From a virus (taxonomy: Duplodnaviria > Caudoviricetes): a DNA stretch of 34,569 nt. The stretch lies in IMG/VR virus record IMGVR_UViG_3300030104_002586, positions 1 through 34,569 of that record; one strand, written 5' to 3'. Made by a program: the position numbers and the translations under genes. Positions 7,803 through 16,240 of the stretch are shown here, piece by piece (the first letter of the stretch is position 1; each line of letters opens with the position of its first letter). Below the pieces are notes generated by a model. The model was given only the letters and a program-made list of their open reading frames with translations, had not been told where the DNA came from and ran no database searches.

Positions 7803-8581
7803 AAAGAATCAAGCCACCTAGCAATTAAAGACGGAGCTAGACCGTAGCCAACTCTATGTAAGCCACCAATAGAAGTAAAGTTTTCTTTAACATTAGGAAC
7901 GATAATATCTTTACTAATTGTCTGAGTGCGAATACCCATAGACAAAACCCAGTCATCTACTTTTGACACCAAGCCAATATCTTCAGCTAAATTCAACATA
8001 TCAAATATTTGAAACTTACACTTATCTTTATCTTTGCTAATGCTAGAACCAAGACGAACGGCTCCGTCAGTTTTAACAATTTGTATAGAGTGATAAGGAC
8101 GAACGTGATGAACACGATAAGGTGCATTTAACATTTCAGCAGATTTACTTATTAAAGTTGCACCCCAGAATTTGTTTAAATTCCTACTTAGACTTACACC
8201 GCGAGCGTCAAGAACGGCGTCATAGCCAAACCTTTTAATCTGGTCAATGTGTTGAACGTCAGAAAGATAGTCTGGTAATTCCAAAACACTTACTGGATTT
8301 ACAAGCCACCACGAATCTTGCTCAACAACTTTATCCGTACGCCAAGAGCTTACCCAAGCAGAACGAGTTACCGTAGCCCCAAACTCTTCATACCAGCTCC
8401 AACTCTCTTCAATGTTTGCCCTTTGGTCTTTTGAAAACCAAGTAGGACGAATTGTTGCAAGAGCAGAACGAGAAGCAACATCTCTATTAGTAGAGTGTAT
8501 CTTAGCTTCGTACCCATTTTTTAACGCAATTTTTTTAGCCATAGAGCCAGCTATTCCATTTCCAATTATTCCAATTCGCAT
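7796..8581 (-). CDS. FAD-dependent oxidoreductase (glycine/D-amino-acid oxidase-like)
   Basis: Rossmann IGIIGNGIAG, ASRSA, VLDARG, GIR, GGLHRVGYGLAP. Confidence 0.8.
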   Translation of the reverse strand: MRIGIIGNGIAGSMAKKIALKNGYEAKIHSTNRDVASRSALATIRPTWFSKDQRANIEESWSWYEEFGATVTRSAWVSSWRTDKVVEQDSWWLVNPVSVLELPDYLSDVQHIDQIKRFGYDAVLDARGVSLSRNLNKFWGATLISKSAEMLNAPYRVHHVRPYHSIQIVKTDGAVRLGSSISKDKDKCKFQIFDMLNLAEDIGLVSKVDDWVLSMGIRTQTISKDIIVPNVKENFTSIGGLHRVGYGLAPSLIARWLDSLC

Positions 8582-8964
8582 AATATCCTTTCTACTTCTT
8601 TTTTAATTTGAACTACTGCAAGCGCATATTCTTTCGTAAAATGCGGGTCAGCAATATTATAATCAGCTAACCTACGTGCTTTATTTGTTAAGAACTTTTT
8701 GTTGAGCTTACTTACTTGACCACTACCCATACAATAAATAACGTCAGCCCACTCAACTAACAAGAAATCAACTTGCTTACTTTTGTGTTCAAAAAATTTA
8801 CCATACGCATTCATAATCCTTTTGGTAGCGGGAAGACCTTTAAGAGCGCCTTTACCCAGACCAGCAGAATCAACGTTTGTATAACCTTTGTCTTTAAACA
8901 TTTGTTCAGCAACCGCAGAACGATTAATGTTGCCCGAACATATTACCAAGATGTTTGGATTCAA
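8566..8964 (-). CDS. Low-molecular-weight phosphatase (LMW-PTP/ArsC fold)
   Basis: ILVICSGNINRS (Cx5R), VDSAG, WADVIYCM, IADPH. Confidence 0.88.
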   Translation of the reverse strand: MNPNILVICSGNINRSAVAEQMFKDKGYTNVDSAGLGKGALKGLPATKRIMNAYGKFFEHKSKQVDFLLVEWADVIYCMGSGQVSKLNKKFLTNKARRLADYNIADPHFTKEYALAVVQIKKEVERILCELE

Positions 8965-9793
8965 TTTTCCCCCTATCTAAAACAAATTGCAAACGCTTTT
9001 TATATTCATCAACGCCGTGTTTTTCCATTATTTTTTTATTTGTATAATCAAAACCTAATTGTAAAGCTTCGTTCCATTTAGCCATACGTGGTATTTCAAG
9101 CTTCATAGCTTCGTAATTATCAAACGGATTTTTTTTACTTAAGAAAGATTTAACAAAGTTTTCACACCACAACAGAGCAGAAGCATATTCTCTAAGAGAA
9201 TCAGTACCAAAGAAATGTCGAAATTCAATAGTGCCGTTACTATAAATGCTTTTAAGATTTATACCAGCACGCCTACTAATACGACCAACGCCCAGAGCGT
9301 TTCTAATTTGAGAGTGATTACGAGCAGTAGAAATTAACCCTTTAGCATTTTTACTTAATTTAGTTTGATGAGATTTTTTAACGTGCTTTAACCTATCGTA
9401 CATAAGCTGGCTAGTAGGAACGGGCAACGGGTCAATAATACGATAAACCAAATCTTCGTAAGCATTTACATAATATTGAAATTCTTTAATCAATCGCCAG
9501 TCGTGTATCAAACCCTCAACCCCAACGTGTATGTGCAAATTACTTTTATGATTAGTTTTTGTTTTATACAATTTATATATTTGCTCAATTATTTCAATTT
9601 GACCAACAACAGTATCGGTCGGATTAGTATTTATTTCAGAACCAATTAGTACATACTTTTTCAAGTTGTCATTAGCAACACCACAATTATTTACAATAGT
9701 GTAATCTTGTTTGTCATAAACACCCAGCTCTTCAGGAAGTTTAACCGAAGTATCTATATCGGGAAGTTCTAATTCAACCCCGAAGCTTAACAT
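8924..9793 (-). CDS. Putative amidoligase (COOH-NH2 ligase)
   Basis: SFGVELE, GSEINTNP, SNLHIHVG, GINL...GTIEFRHFFGT. Confidence 0.85.
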   Translation of the reverse strand: MLSFGVELELPDIDTSVKLPEELGVYDKQDYTIVNNCGVANDNLKKYVLIGSEINTNPTDTVVGQIEIIEQIYKLYKTKTNHKSNLHIHVGVEGLIHDWRLIKEFQYYVNAYEDLVYRIIDPLPVPTSQLMYDRLKHVKKSHQTKLSKNAKGLISTARNHSQIRNALGVGRISRRAGINLKSIYSNGTIEFRHFFGTDSLREYASALLWCENFVKSFLSKKNPFDNYEAMKLEIPRMAKWNEALQLGFDYTNKKIMEKHGVDEYKKRLQFVLDRGKIESKHLGNMFGQH

Positions 9794-10646
9794 CTTTCCT
9801 TACCCCGTTCCAGCCGTTGAGCTCGCCCAAAAATTCATTAGGCAAAGTTTCCTTACGAGCTTCAAACAACAAGTCAGTATATTTACTTGGTACTTCTTTA
9901 ATTGCAATTTGCATTTTGTCAATATCTATACCAGTGTAATAACGCCCTTTTGTTTTAGAATTAAAATCACATAAGCTAGTTTCCGCAGTTTCAAGCGTAG
10001 CGTGGTAACCACGATTGTTCATAGTTTCAACAAGTTGTTCGCTTAACAAATCAAGAACCCAAATTTCATTTGCAGAATTACCAGCTGGGACATTATCTAA
10101 CAACAACTCAAGACCACGTCGAGAACCAGAAGCACCATTGTGTCCCATATCAGTAGGCTCAACATTAAAGTCCAAAACTTTCATAAATATTTCCGCAGTT
10201 TTATATCCAGCCCAGCGACCATTACCCCAAAGCTTAATTAACCTTTCATTAACAAGAAGCCAATTGCTTTTACTATCATTAGTAAAACCTTTAGTAAAGT
10301 AAGATTCTAAAGAACCGTTCCAGAAAAACACATCAACAATAGATTCAAAATGTTTTTTCAAACGTTCTTGCACACGATGATTGCGCCTTTCAGTTTCACA
10401 CGGCAACTTAAAAGAGGCGAACGGTACTTCAGGCTTAGGACATTGTTCAAGAGTTTTGAAGCCAGAACCAATTTGATAGAAAGCAACATAGGAAAGTATT
10501 GCCCAGATTTTATCGTCAGTAGATAAATTTAATTTATCAAGAGTGTATTTTAAGACTGGATAAATCGGGTCAATGTCTTTTGATAACATTTGTGCGTTAT
10601 GAAACTCTAAATAATTTTGAAAGACGCTTTGGTCTTTAATTTTCAT
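9774..10646 (-). CDS. Amino acid:DNA transferase (aGPT-Pplase2/ADDT-like, HhH glycosylase fold)
   Basis: DIDPIYPVL, ETERRNHR, GNGRWAGYKTAE, GSRRGL, ETAETSLCDF, GRYYTGIDID. Confidence 0.8.
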   Translation of the reverse strand: MKIKDQSVFQNYLEFHNAQMLSKDIDPIYPVLKYTLDKLNLSTDDKIWAILSYVAFYQIGSGFKTLEQCPKPEVPFASFKLPCETERRNHRVQERLKKHFESIVDVFFWNGSLESYFTKGFTNDSKSNWLLVNERLIKLWGNGRWAGYKTAEIFMKVLDFNVEPTDMGHNGASGSRRGLELLLDNVPAGNSANEIWVLDLLSEQLVETMNNRGYHATLETAETSLCDFNSKTKGRYYTGIDIDKMQIAIKEVPSKYTDLLFEARKETLPNEFLGELNGWNGVRKDVKLRG

Positions 10647-11346
10647 TATTAAATATTTTACCTAGCCAGTTAGGGCGTTTAACTGAACCGCTATTTATTT
10701 CTTTTGCAAGATTGACAACAGTAAAGAACAAAGCTTCAGTATGACTAATTGAAAGCCCATTAGCAACAATATCAATATTTGTTTTATAATTTTCATATTC
10801 CTCTTTATGTAAAGCTAAAATTATTTCGTTCAAATGCTCACTAGATTTTTTTTCAGTAGGCTTTTGAATACGATTTTCAATATCAGCAATTTCATCATCA
10901 GTTAAAGCAAAACCACCAGTAAATTCTTCAAAGTCAGTTTCTTCTAATTTTTCAGTATCGTTAAAAATATTATCTACTTCATCAGCAGAAAACCCAGTAC
11001 CAAACAATGCGCCCAGCTCCATTAAGTCCCCAAGCATATTAGAAAGTTTTGTTTTGTCGTAAGTAGCCAATTCATTCAAACGGTTATCAACAAGAACAAT
11101 TTTACGAGCTTTAATATCATCAACATCAACGAACATCACATCACAAGTTTCATAACCTAATTCTTTCATAGCAAGCCAAGTGTGATTACCAGTAAGTATT
11201 TCATTATTGTTTTTATTTACAGTAAGAGGACGATATTGTCCGTGTTTTTCTAAACTTATTTTTATAGATTCTAAATTGCTAGAACGAGGATTATCAGGAA
11301 ATTCTTTTAACGAATTAATCTTTACATTTTTAATTTCATAATTCAT
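10636..11346 (-). CDS. ParB/Srx-like N-terminal domain protein, paralog 2
   Basis: LKEFPDNPR, GQYRPLTVN, ILTGNHT, IVLVDNRL; ATG 11346 chosen by alignment with paralog 1. Confidence 0.88.
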   Translation of the reverse strand: MNYEIKNVKINSLKEFPDNPRSSNLESIKISLEKHGQYRPLTVNKNNNEILTGNHTWLAMKELGYETCDVMFVDVDDIKARKIVLVDNRLNELATYDKTKLSNMLGDLMELGALFGTGFSADEVDNIFNDTEKLEETDFEEFTGGFALTDDEIADIENRIQKPTEKKSSEHLNEIILALHKEEYENYKTNIDIVANGLSISHTEALFFTVVNLAKEINSGSVKRPNWLGKIFNNEN

Positions 11347-11947
11347 TAGCTTCAACCTTTCTAGCGTAAAGCTCAACCGCTTTCAAACCAGCAGTTGTAG
11401 GATTACATTTGTAATAATCAGCAATGACATTAATAGCAGTTTTATATTCATCAAACTTAACATCATTAAGCAAAAGAACAACATCAAATACAGGAGCAAC
11501 CTTTGGCTCAGGCTTGGTAGTAGATTGAGGCGAGCTTACAGGCACACCCGCCTCAACCGTATCCAGCAGTTCAGCAACAGATTCAGCAGTATAACCAGTA
11601 CCAATTAATTCGCCTACATCTTGTAAGTCTTTAATAGCTTTTTCAAGCTTTGCAAAATCATAAGTACCGTCATCATTTAATTTATTATCAACTAAAACAA
11701 TTTGTTTAGCTTGTTGGTCATCAACATCAACATACCAAACCAACGCCGTAGCCCAGCCAAGACGCTTTATAGCTTTGTATGTATGATTACCAGCGAGAAT
11801 AACATTGTCTTTGCGATTTACAACTAAAGGACGGTATTGCCCATTTTCTAAAAGAGATTCATAAATAGAATTTACGTCGCCAACACGAGCATTGTCAGGA
11901 TATTCTTTTAATTCCCTTATATCTATTTCAACAAATTGTTCAGACAT
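11336..11947 (-). CDS. ParB/Srx-like N-terminal domain protein, paralog 1
   Basis: LKEYPDNAR, GQYRPLVVN, ILAGNHT, IVLVDNKL; SD AAGGA. Confidence 0.88.
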   Translation of the reverse strand: MSEQFVEIDIRELKEYPDNARVGDVNSIYESLLENGQYRPLVVNRKDNVILAGNHTYKAIKRLGWATALVWYVDVDDQQAKQIVLVDNKLNDDGTYDFAKLEKAIKDLQDVGELIGTGYTAESVAELLDTVEAGVPVSSPQSTTKPEPKVAPVFDVVLLLNDVKFDEYKTAINVIADYYKCNPTTAGLKAVELYARKVEANEL

Positions 11948-12022
11948 TTAATTCCTTTATGTATTTATTTTAATCTAAAAGTAGCTATTTGTATTACCAA
12001 AATAATAATTAATATAAATTGC

Positions 12023-12442
12023 TCAATAGTCATATTTACCCCAACACTTTCTACTAGCGTTCCAATGAAACCAGCCGTCGTTATAAACTAACCAAGAGGC
12101 TACGGCTATATTAGTTTCTGGATTTTCCCTAGTGTCTTTAAACTTTAATTTTCCTTTAAGCCAGTTCCAAGTATTGTCATTAAATTGGAACAAGCCTACG
12201 TCCTGACTTTTATTAGTATTTACATTTACGGCAGACGGACGCCCAGAGCTTTCACAATATATAATTGTAAGAGCTTTAACAACATCAGCGTCGTCAAAAT
12301 AATTTTCTACTAGCGGTCGCCACTCAATAACGTGCTCAATTATTGCAGAGTGATTTCTACAATCCTTATACGCCGTTAATGTTTCAGGCGTCAGCGTGTT
12401 CGGTAGTAGGCAACTTAGTAGAGGCGCTACTATATTTAACAC
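12023..12442 (-). CDS. SLT-type lytic transglycosylase domain protein
   Basis: IIYCESSG, DVGLFQFN, NPETNI, GWFHW; GTG at 12442 follows SD GAGGGG. Confidence 0.8.
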   Translation of the reverse strand: MLNIVAPLLSCLLPNTLTPETLTAYKDCRNHSAIIEHVIEWRPLVENYFDDADVVKALTIIYCESSGRPSAVNVNTNKSQDVGLFQFNDNTWNWLKGKLKFKDTRENPETNIAVASWLVYNDGWFHWNASRKCWGKYDY

Positions 12443-12596
12443 TTTCCCCCTCAGTAGTTTGAATATCAAATATCTGAGTTACGTAAAGACGAGTTGTACC
12501 CTGAGGCAAATCCTCAAAGACTAAACCACCGTCTTTATTTTTCTTTATCAGTTGCGGTCGCCCGAAAACTGAGTTCTCAATCCCTACTATTTTCAT
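12384..12596 (-). CDS. Hypothetical protein (70 aa)
   Basis: Strong SD AAGGAGG before ATG 12596. Confidence 0.6.
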   Translation of the reverse strand: MKIVGIENSVFGRPQLIKKNKDGGLVFEDLPQGTTRLYVTQIFDIQTTEGESVKYSSASTKLPTTEHADA

Positions 12597-12622
12597 AGCA
12601 AAAACCTCCTTATGCAATATCC

Positions 12623-12631
12623 ATTATACCA
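12623..12631 (-). promoter_or_regulatory. Candidate extended -10 promoter upstream of the SLT and modification genes
   Basis: TGgTATAAT in the intergenic gap, just upstream of AAGGAGG; no good -35. Confidence 0.55.
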
Positions 12632-12636
12632 AATAT

Positions 12637-13308
12637 TCACGAAAGTCCAGACCAACTTAAAGAGTAATGAGTAATAAAATCAACATCAGAAGTATCGCCT
12701 AAACCAGTAAAATTCCACTCGCCTTTATTCTTAAATTCAAGTTGATTAGTTGTATAAAAGTCATAAGGGTAAGGATAGTTTTTAAGAAAGCGAGTTAATG
12801 CGTAAGGTCCGGTAGTTTGCGTTACAAACCTTTTGCGCCAAGTTTTATACACATCTTTTTTAGATTTGTCTTGAATTTGCAACTCAATAAAATCAATAAA
12901 GTCCAAAGCAAAGTTATGACCTTTAGGCATTTGGATTATTTCGTTAGTAATTATTTTACGATTGTCAGCCCGATTAGTGTAAGTTTTATCTAAAATAAAT
13001 CTTAACTTTTTATCATCAGGAACGTTTTTACAATTAGGAAAGACATCTAAATCAACATAAAGACCACCCATACTATAAAGAATTAACAAGCGAATAATAT
13101 CAACTTGCATAATTTCATAACGCGCAGAATTATACAGTTCTTCATATTCAGGAAAAATTTCAATTAGATTGTCGCAAGACTCTTTGTCCCACAAAATATA
13201 TTCATAACCATTATCAGCAGACCATTTTTCAAAACGCTTATTACTTTTTTTAAACAAATCGTTCATACCTTTACCGTAGAAGTCCCAGAATATTTGATGA
13301 ACTATCAT
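12637..13308 (-). CDS. DXD glycosyltransferase (GT32/OCH1-like)
   Basis: IVHQIFW, YEYILWD, DIIRLLILYSMGGLYVDLDV, TTGPYALT, H..SLSW. Confidence 0.88.
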   Translation of the reverse strand: MIVHQIFWDFYGKGMNDLFKKSNKRFEKWSADNGYEYILWDKESCDNLIEIFPEYEELYNSARYEIMQVDIIRLLILYSMGGLYVDLDVFPNCKNVPDDKKLRFILDKTYTNRADNRKIITNEIIQMPKGHNFALDFIDFIELQIQDKSKKDVYKTWRKRFVTQTTGPYALTRFLKNYPYPYDFYTTNQLEFKNKGEWNFTGLGDTSDVDFITHYSLSWSGLS

Positions 13309-14501
13309 AATATTTTAAGATTGTCCCAGCCAGCTTCATTAACAGTAAAAGAGAGAACACCATTACGCGTCATATTACCCGTACGAGCTTTAAATTCATT
13401 AGACTGGTCAAGACTGGGAGCTTGAAACCAAGTACGACCAAGTTGTTCAACAATACGTAAATGATGATAATGTCCAGTAACCAGAAGCTCACAAGTACCA
13501 GCTGGAAGCCAGCCATACATCTGACCTTTCCACCACTTCTCAATCTTTGACCAAATGTCGCCACCACCAGACGTCATATGCCCGTGAGTAAAGCCAATTC
13601 TTTTACCGTAAGTTTCTAAGACTAAATGAAAGTCGTCAGGAATAACTACCTTAACGTGCTTATACCTTTCACGATTAGATATTATTTCGCCAACAATTTG
13701 TATTTGCGCAGTATCACTATTGTCAAGTCGATTAGTTACAATAGAACCTTTACCCGACCTATGCTCGCCGTGATTACCAGCAACACCACCAAGAACAATA
13801 GATTCAGCTTGACCTAAGAAAGCGTCGAGTATTTCAATAATCATTACACGCGTTAGATGTTCTTGTTCAGTACGAGTAAGCTCGACATTAAAGGGTTGAT
13901 GTTCATAAAACCCATAACAATTTTCAATTAAATCGCCAAGTCCAATTAAGTAAATTTCTTTAACGTGAAACCCAGACTTTTTCAAATCTTTTAATTGTTT
14001 TTTCCCATTTGCAATAGCTTTCCTAATTAATTTAACAGTTTCATTACTTCCTAAATCTTTTTTTCCAAGTTGCCAGTCAGCCATAAAGAAAAACCAAGAA
14101 CAATTTCCACCTGACTTAACTTGTATCGGTTTTTTGTTTTTTACTTCTTTAAGAAGCTTCTTAAAATATTTATCGTGATGAGGATTTTTTTTCTTAATGA
14201 TTGCCTTAAAAGCATACATATCAACAATTCGCCCACCTTTTTGTTGCGTGTTCCAAGTAGAAAATTTAATCGTATCTTGGTCAATGTAAAATTCTTTAGG
14301 GTCAAAACCCCATTGAGTAAGCAGAGATTCATACTTAAAGTTATTGTCGCTAGGTTGAATATGAGTAATTGCACCCATTTTAGTTGCTTCGTCAAAAGAA
14401 GCTTCGGGCTTCCAGCCAGACGGGTAAAAGTTATTACCTAATTCCTCATTATGTTGGACATCTTTTCTTTTACGAATAAGACTTTCAACGTCTTTGTTCA
14501 T
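13305..14501 (-). CDS. Calcineurin-like metallophosphoesterase
   Basis: ADWQLG, GLGDLIE, GNHGE, THGH, GHYHH motifs. Confidence 0.88.
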   Translation of the reverse strand: MNKDVESLIRKRKDVQHNEELGNNFYPSGWKPEASFDEATKMGAITHIQPSDNNFKYESLLTQWGFDPKEFYIDQDTIKFSTWNTQQKGGRIVDMYAFKAIIKKKNPHHDKYFKKLLKEVKNKKPIQVKSGGNCSWFFFMADWQLGKKDLGSNETVKLIRKAIANGKKQLKDLKKSGFHVKEIYLIGLGDLIENCYGFYEHQPFNVELTRTEQEHLTRVMIIEILDAFLGQAESIVLGGVAGNHGEHRSGKGSIVTNRLDNSDTAQIQIVGEIISNRERYKHVKVVIPDDFHLVLETYGKRIGFTHGHMTSGGGDIWSKIEKWWKGQMYGWLPAGTCELLVTGHYHHLRIVEQLGRTWFQAPSLDQSNEFKARTGNMTRNGVLSFTVNEAGWDNLKIL

Positions 14502-14536
14502 ACTTGTAGCTTAGAACATTTGTTCGATTATATCAG

Positions 14537-14719
14537 CTACATTAAAATTGTTATTAAAGTTGCTATTGAAATTCCTGCTATAATCCAGCCGTAGATTTCT
14601 TGACGAGTAGGACGAGTAGCCAAGTCTTTTTGTATTTGGTCTAGTTTTTCAAAGAGTTTGTCAATATCTTCCATAACTTTATTTAGCATTTCCTTTTGTG
14701 TATAACCGTTGTCCGCCAT
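14537..14719 (-). CDS. Small coiled-coil membrane protein (60 aa), lysis region
   Basis: ATG 14719; C-terminal transmembrane segment. Confidence 0.65.
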   Translation of the reverse strand: MADNGYTQKEMLNKVMEDIDKLFEKLDQIQKDLATRPTRQEIYGWIIAGISIATLITILM

Positions 14720-14721
14720 AG

Positions 14722-14772
14722 TTAATCCCCGCAAAGACAGTTATAGGCGCAGTTATTTTCGCAAACGTTCAT
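14722..14772 (-). CDS. Cys-rich micro-ORF C (16 aa, MNVCENNCAYNCLCGD)
   Basis: ATG..TAA, stop 2 nt before the next ATG; overlaps micro-ORF B. Confidence 0.35.
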   Translation of the reverse strand: MNVCENNCAYNCLCGD

Positions 14773-14851
14773 TAGAACAATGCTCGCTACCATATTTGCA
14801 ATTACAAATTTGAACAAAAGAACCGTCTTTATTTGTATTGATTAAGCACAC
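14753..14851 (-). CDS. Cys-rich micro-ORF B (32 aa, MCLINTNKDGSFVQICNCKYGSEHCSNERLRK)
   Basis: GTG start overlapping the TAG of micro-ORF A. Confidence 0.45.
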   Translation of the reverse strand: MCLINTNKDGSFVQICNCKYGSEHCSNERLRK

Positions 14852-14892
14852 TATTTACCACCGCAACAACCAGCTCCGCAACAACCGTCCAT
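14851..14892 (-). CDS. Cys-rich micro-ORF A (13 aa, MDGCCGAGCCGGK)
   Basis: TAATG overlap with the upstream gene; G-rich SD-like AAGGTGGG. Confidence 0.45.
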   Translation of the reverse strand: MDGCCGAGCCGGK

Positions 14893-15104
14893 TAGCCACC
14901 CACCTTAAACAATATCTCTCTAATAACTTCTTCAATAATAATTAAGTTTTGATTAAAGCCAGAAATACTATCAGAATACGCAGTTACTTGAGCTTTTAAC
15001 GTAGCAACTTCTTGTTGCAAATCATTAACAGTTTTAAATAGCCAAGCTACCAAGCCAGCCAGACCACCTTGTAATATTTGATTAAGATTAATTGTAGCTT
15101 TCAT
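14892..15104 (-). CDS. Small membrane-anchored coiled-coil protein (70 aa)
   Basis: N-terminal hydrophobic helix then heptads; follows the holin. Confidence 0.65.
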   Translation of the reverse strand: MKATINLNQILQGGLAGLVAWLFKTVNDLQQEVATLKAQVTAYSDSISGFNQNLIIIEEVIREILFKVGG

Positions 15105-15108
15105 TTAT

Positions 15109-15327
15109 TTACCCGTCGTAAGTTTGATTTGGTTTATATTGTTCTAGCGCGTGTTGTAAAACAGTAATAAAAGAAGTTAAGAAAGCAACGCCAATTAGTT
15201 CTAATATTTCTGCGTCAATTATTCCAGAAGAGTTAGCAAGCCACAACGATATTGCAGATTGCAGACCAGTACGGAAAGCTTTGCTCAACATAAATTTCCA
15301 ATATGATTTCCAATTTGTTTTAGCCAT
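15109..15327 (-). CDS. Putative holin
   Basis: 72 aa, two hydrophobic segments, YWK...KAFRTGLQS similar to r1t-type holins; next to the lysin candidate. Confidence 0.65.
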   Translation of the reverse strand: MAKTNWKSYWKFMLSKAFRTGLQSAISLWLANSSGIIDAEILELIGVAFLTSFITVLQHALEQYKPNQTYDG

Positions 15328-15334
15328 AATATCC

Positions 15335-15916
15335 TTAAATTATCTTCTTACCGTCTAACTTTACATCAATTAATTTCAATTTACCATTTATGTCAGCCAG
15401 CTTGTCCCAAACCATTTGGCTATTTATTTTAAATTCATCATCATCAATATCGTCAGCTAGATTGTTAATATCAACAATTTCAATTTCAACTTTTTCATTA
15501 TTTTTAAGAGCTTTAGCAATTCTCGGATAAACACGCTTATACGCTTGTGTAGATTTTCCTATGAACCCGTCTTTAAGAAGAACATTATTCTCTTGAGAAT
15601 CGCCCAGCAGAATACAACCAGCAGTATGTTCGTCGGTATTCCCACAATGAATCAAGATGTATTGAAAGTTAGGAACGTTTTGAAGCTCCAACATACCCTC
15701 GTGAATATCAGAAAATCTTTTAGCATACTTAGAGTGGAAGCCACCAACATTACGAAATTCTATTTGATAAATACCAAGAGGTATAGCAGTTTCGCCCTGA
15801 ACCTTTATTTCCCTTTGTTCGTCTTCCAGAGTAAAGCAAGCAAACTTGTCGTCAATATAAAGAACGCCATTTGTAGAATCAGCTTGCGAACTTATACGAA
15901 CAAGTTTGAGCTTCAT
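15335..15916 (-). CDS. DUF5675-family protein, candidate endolysin (L,D-peptidase-like)
   Basis: STNGVLYID, CFTLED, ETAIPLGIY, ILIHCGNT...TAGCILLG. Confidence 0.8.
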   Translation of the reverse strand: MKLKLVRISSQADSTNGVLYIDDKFACFTLEDEQREIKVQGETAIPLGIYQIEFRNVGGFHSKYAKRFSDIHEGMLELQNVPNFQYILIHCGNTDEHTAGCILLGDSQENNVLLKDGFIGKSTQAYKRVYPRIAKALKNNEKVEIEIVDINNLADDIDDDEFKINSQMVWDKLADINGKLKLIDVKLDGKKII

Positions 15917-16218
15917 TATTCGGGCTTAGGATTGTCAGTTTTCACTTTTGTAATATGGTCTTCCCAAACAGTTGTGTCGTTAATTTTATCCCAATAAATC
16001 ATATCCAATTGCTCTTCAATAGAACCATAAGCAGATTGCCTAGCAGAAATATAACCAAATTGTTGTTCGTCCCATTTAGAATTACCTAAATCTCTTTTAG
16101 CAACTTCGTAATCTTCATCAGTAAATTCAACTCTTTCCCCGTCAATTGATTTATGTAAAGGTTTAGCGTCTTCAATTTCTTGGTCTGCTATTTCTTGTAA
16201 TTCTTCTCTTGTAGCCAT
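15916..16218 (-). CDS. Tail fibre-associated/assembly-type small protein
   Basis: R..AYGSIEEQLDMIYWD...W..HI..VK..NPKP pattern; position after fibre genes. Confidence 0.6.
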   Translation of the reverse strand: MATREELQEIADQEIEDAKPLHKSIDGERVEFTDEDYEVAKRDLGNSKWDEQQFGYISARQSAYGSIEEQLDMIYWDKINDTTVWEDHITKVKTDNPKPE

Positions 16219-16240
16219 ATCTATCCAATCTTACTATATT

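Noticed and set aside
8566-8964. Arsenate reductase as an auxiliary metabolic gene
   Set aside because: No evident resolving Cys pair and no ars genes; its overlapping position in the modification operon suggests another role
10636-11947. Plasmid-prophage partition system
   Set aside because: No ParA, no canonical GxRR motif or evident HTH, and the context is DNA modification
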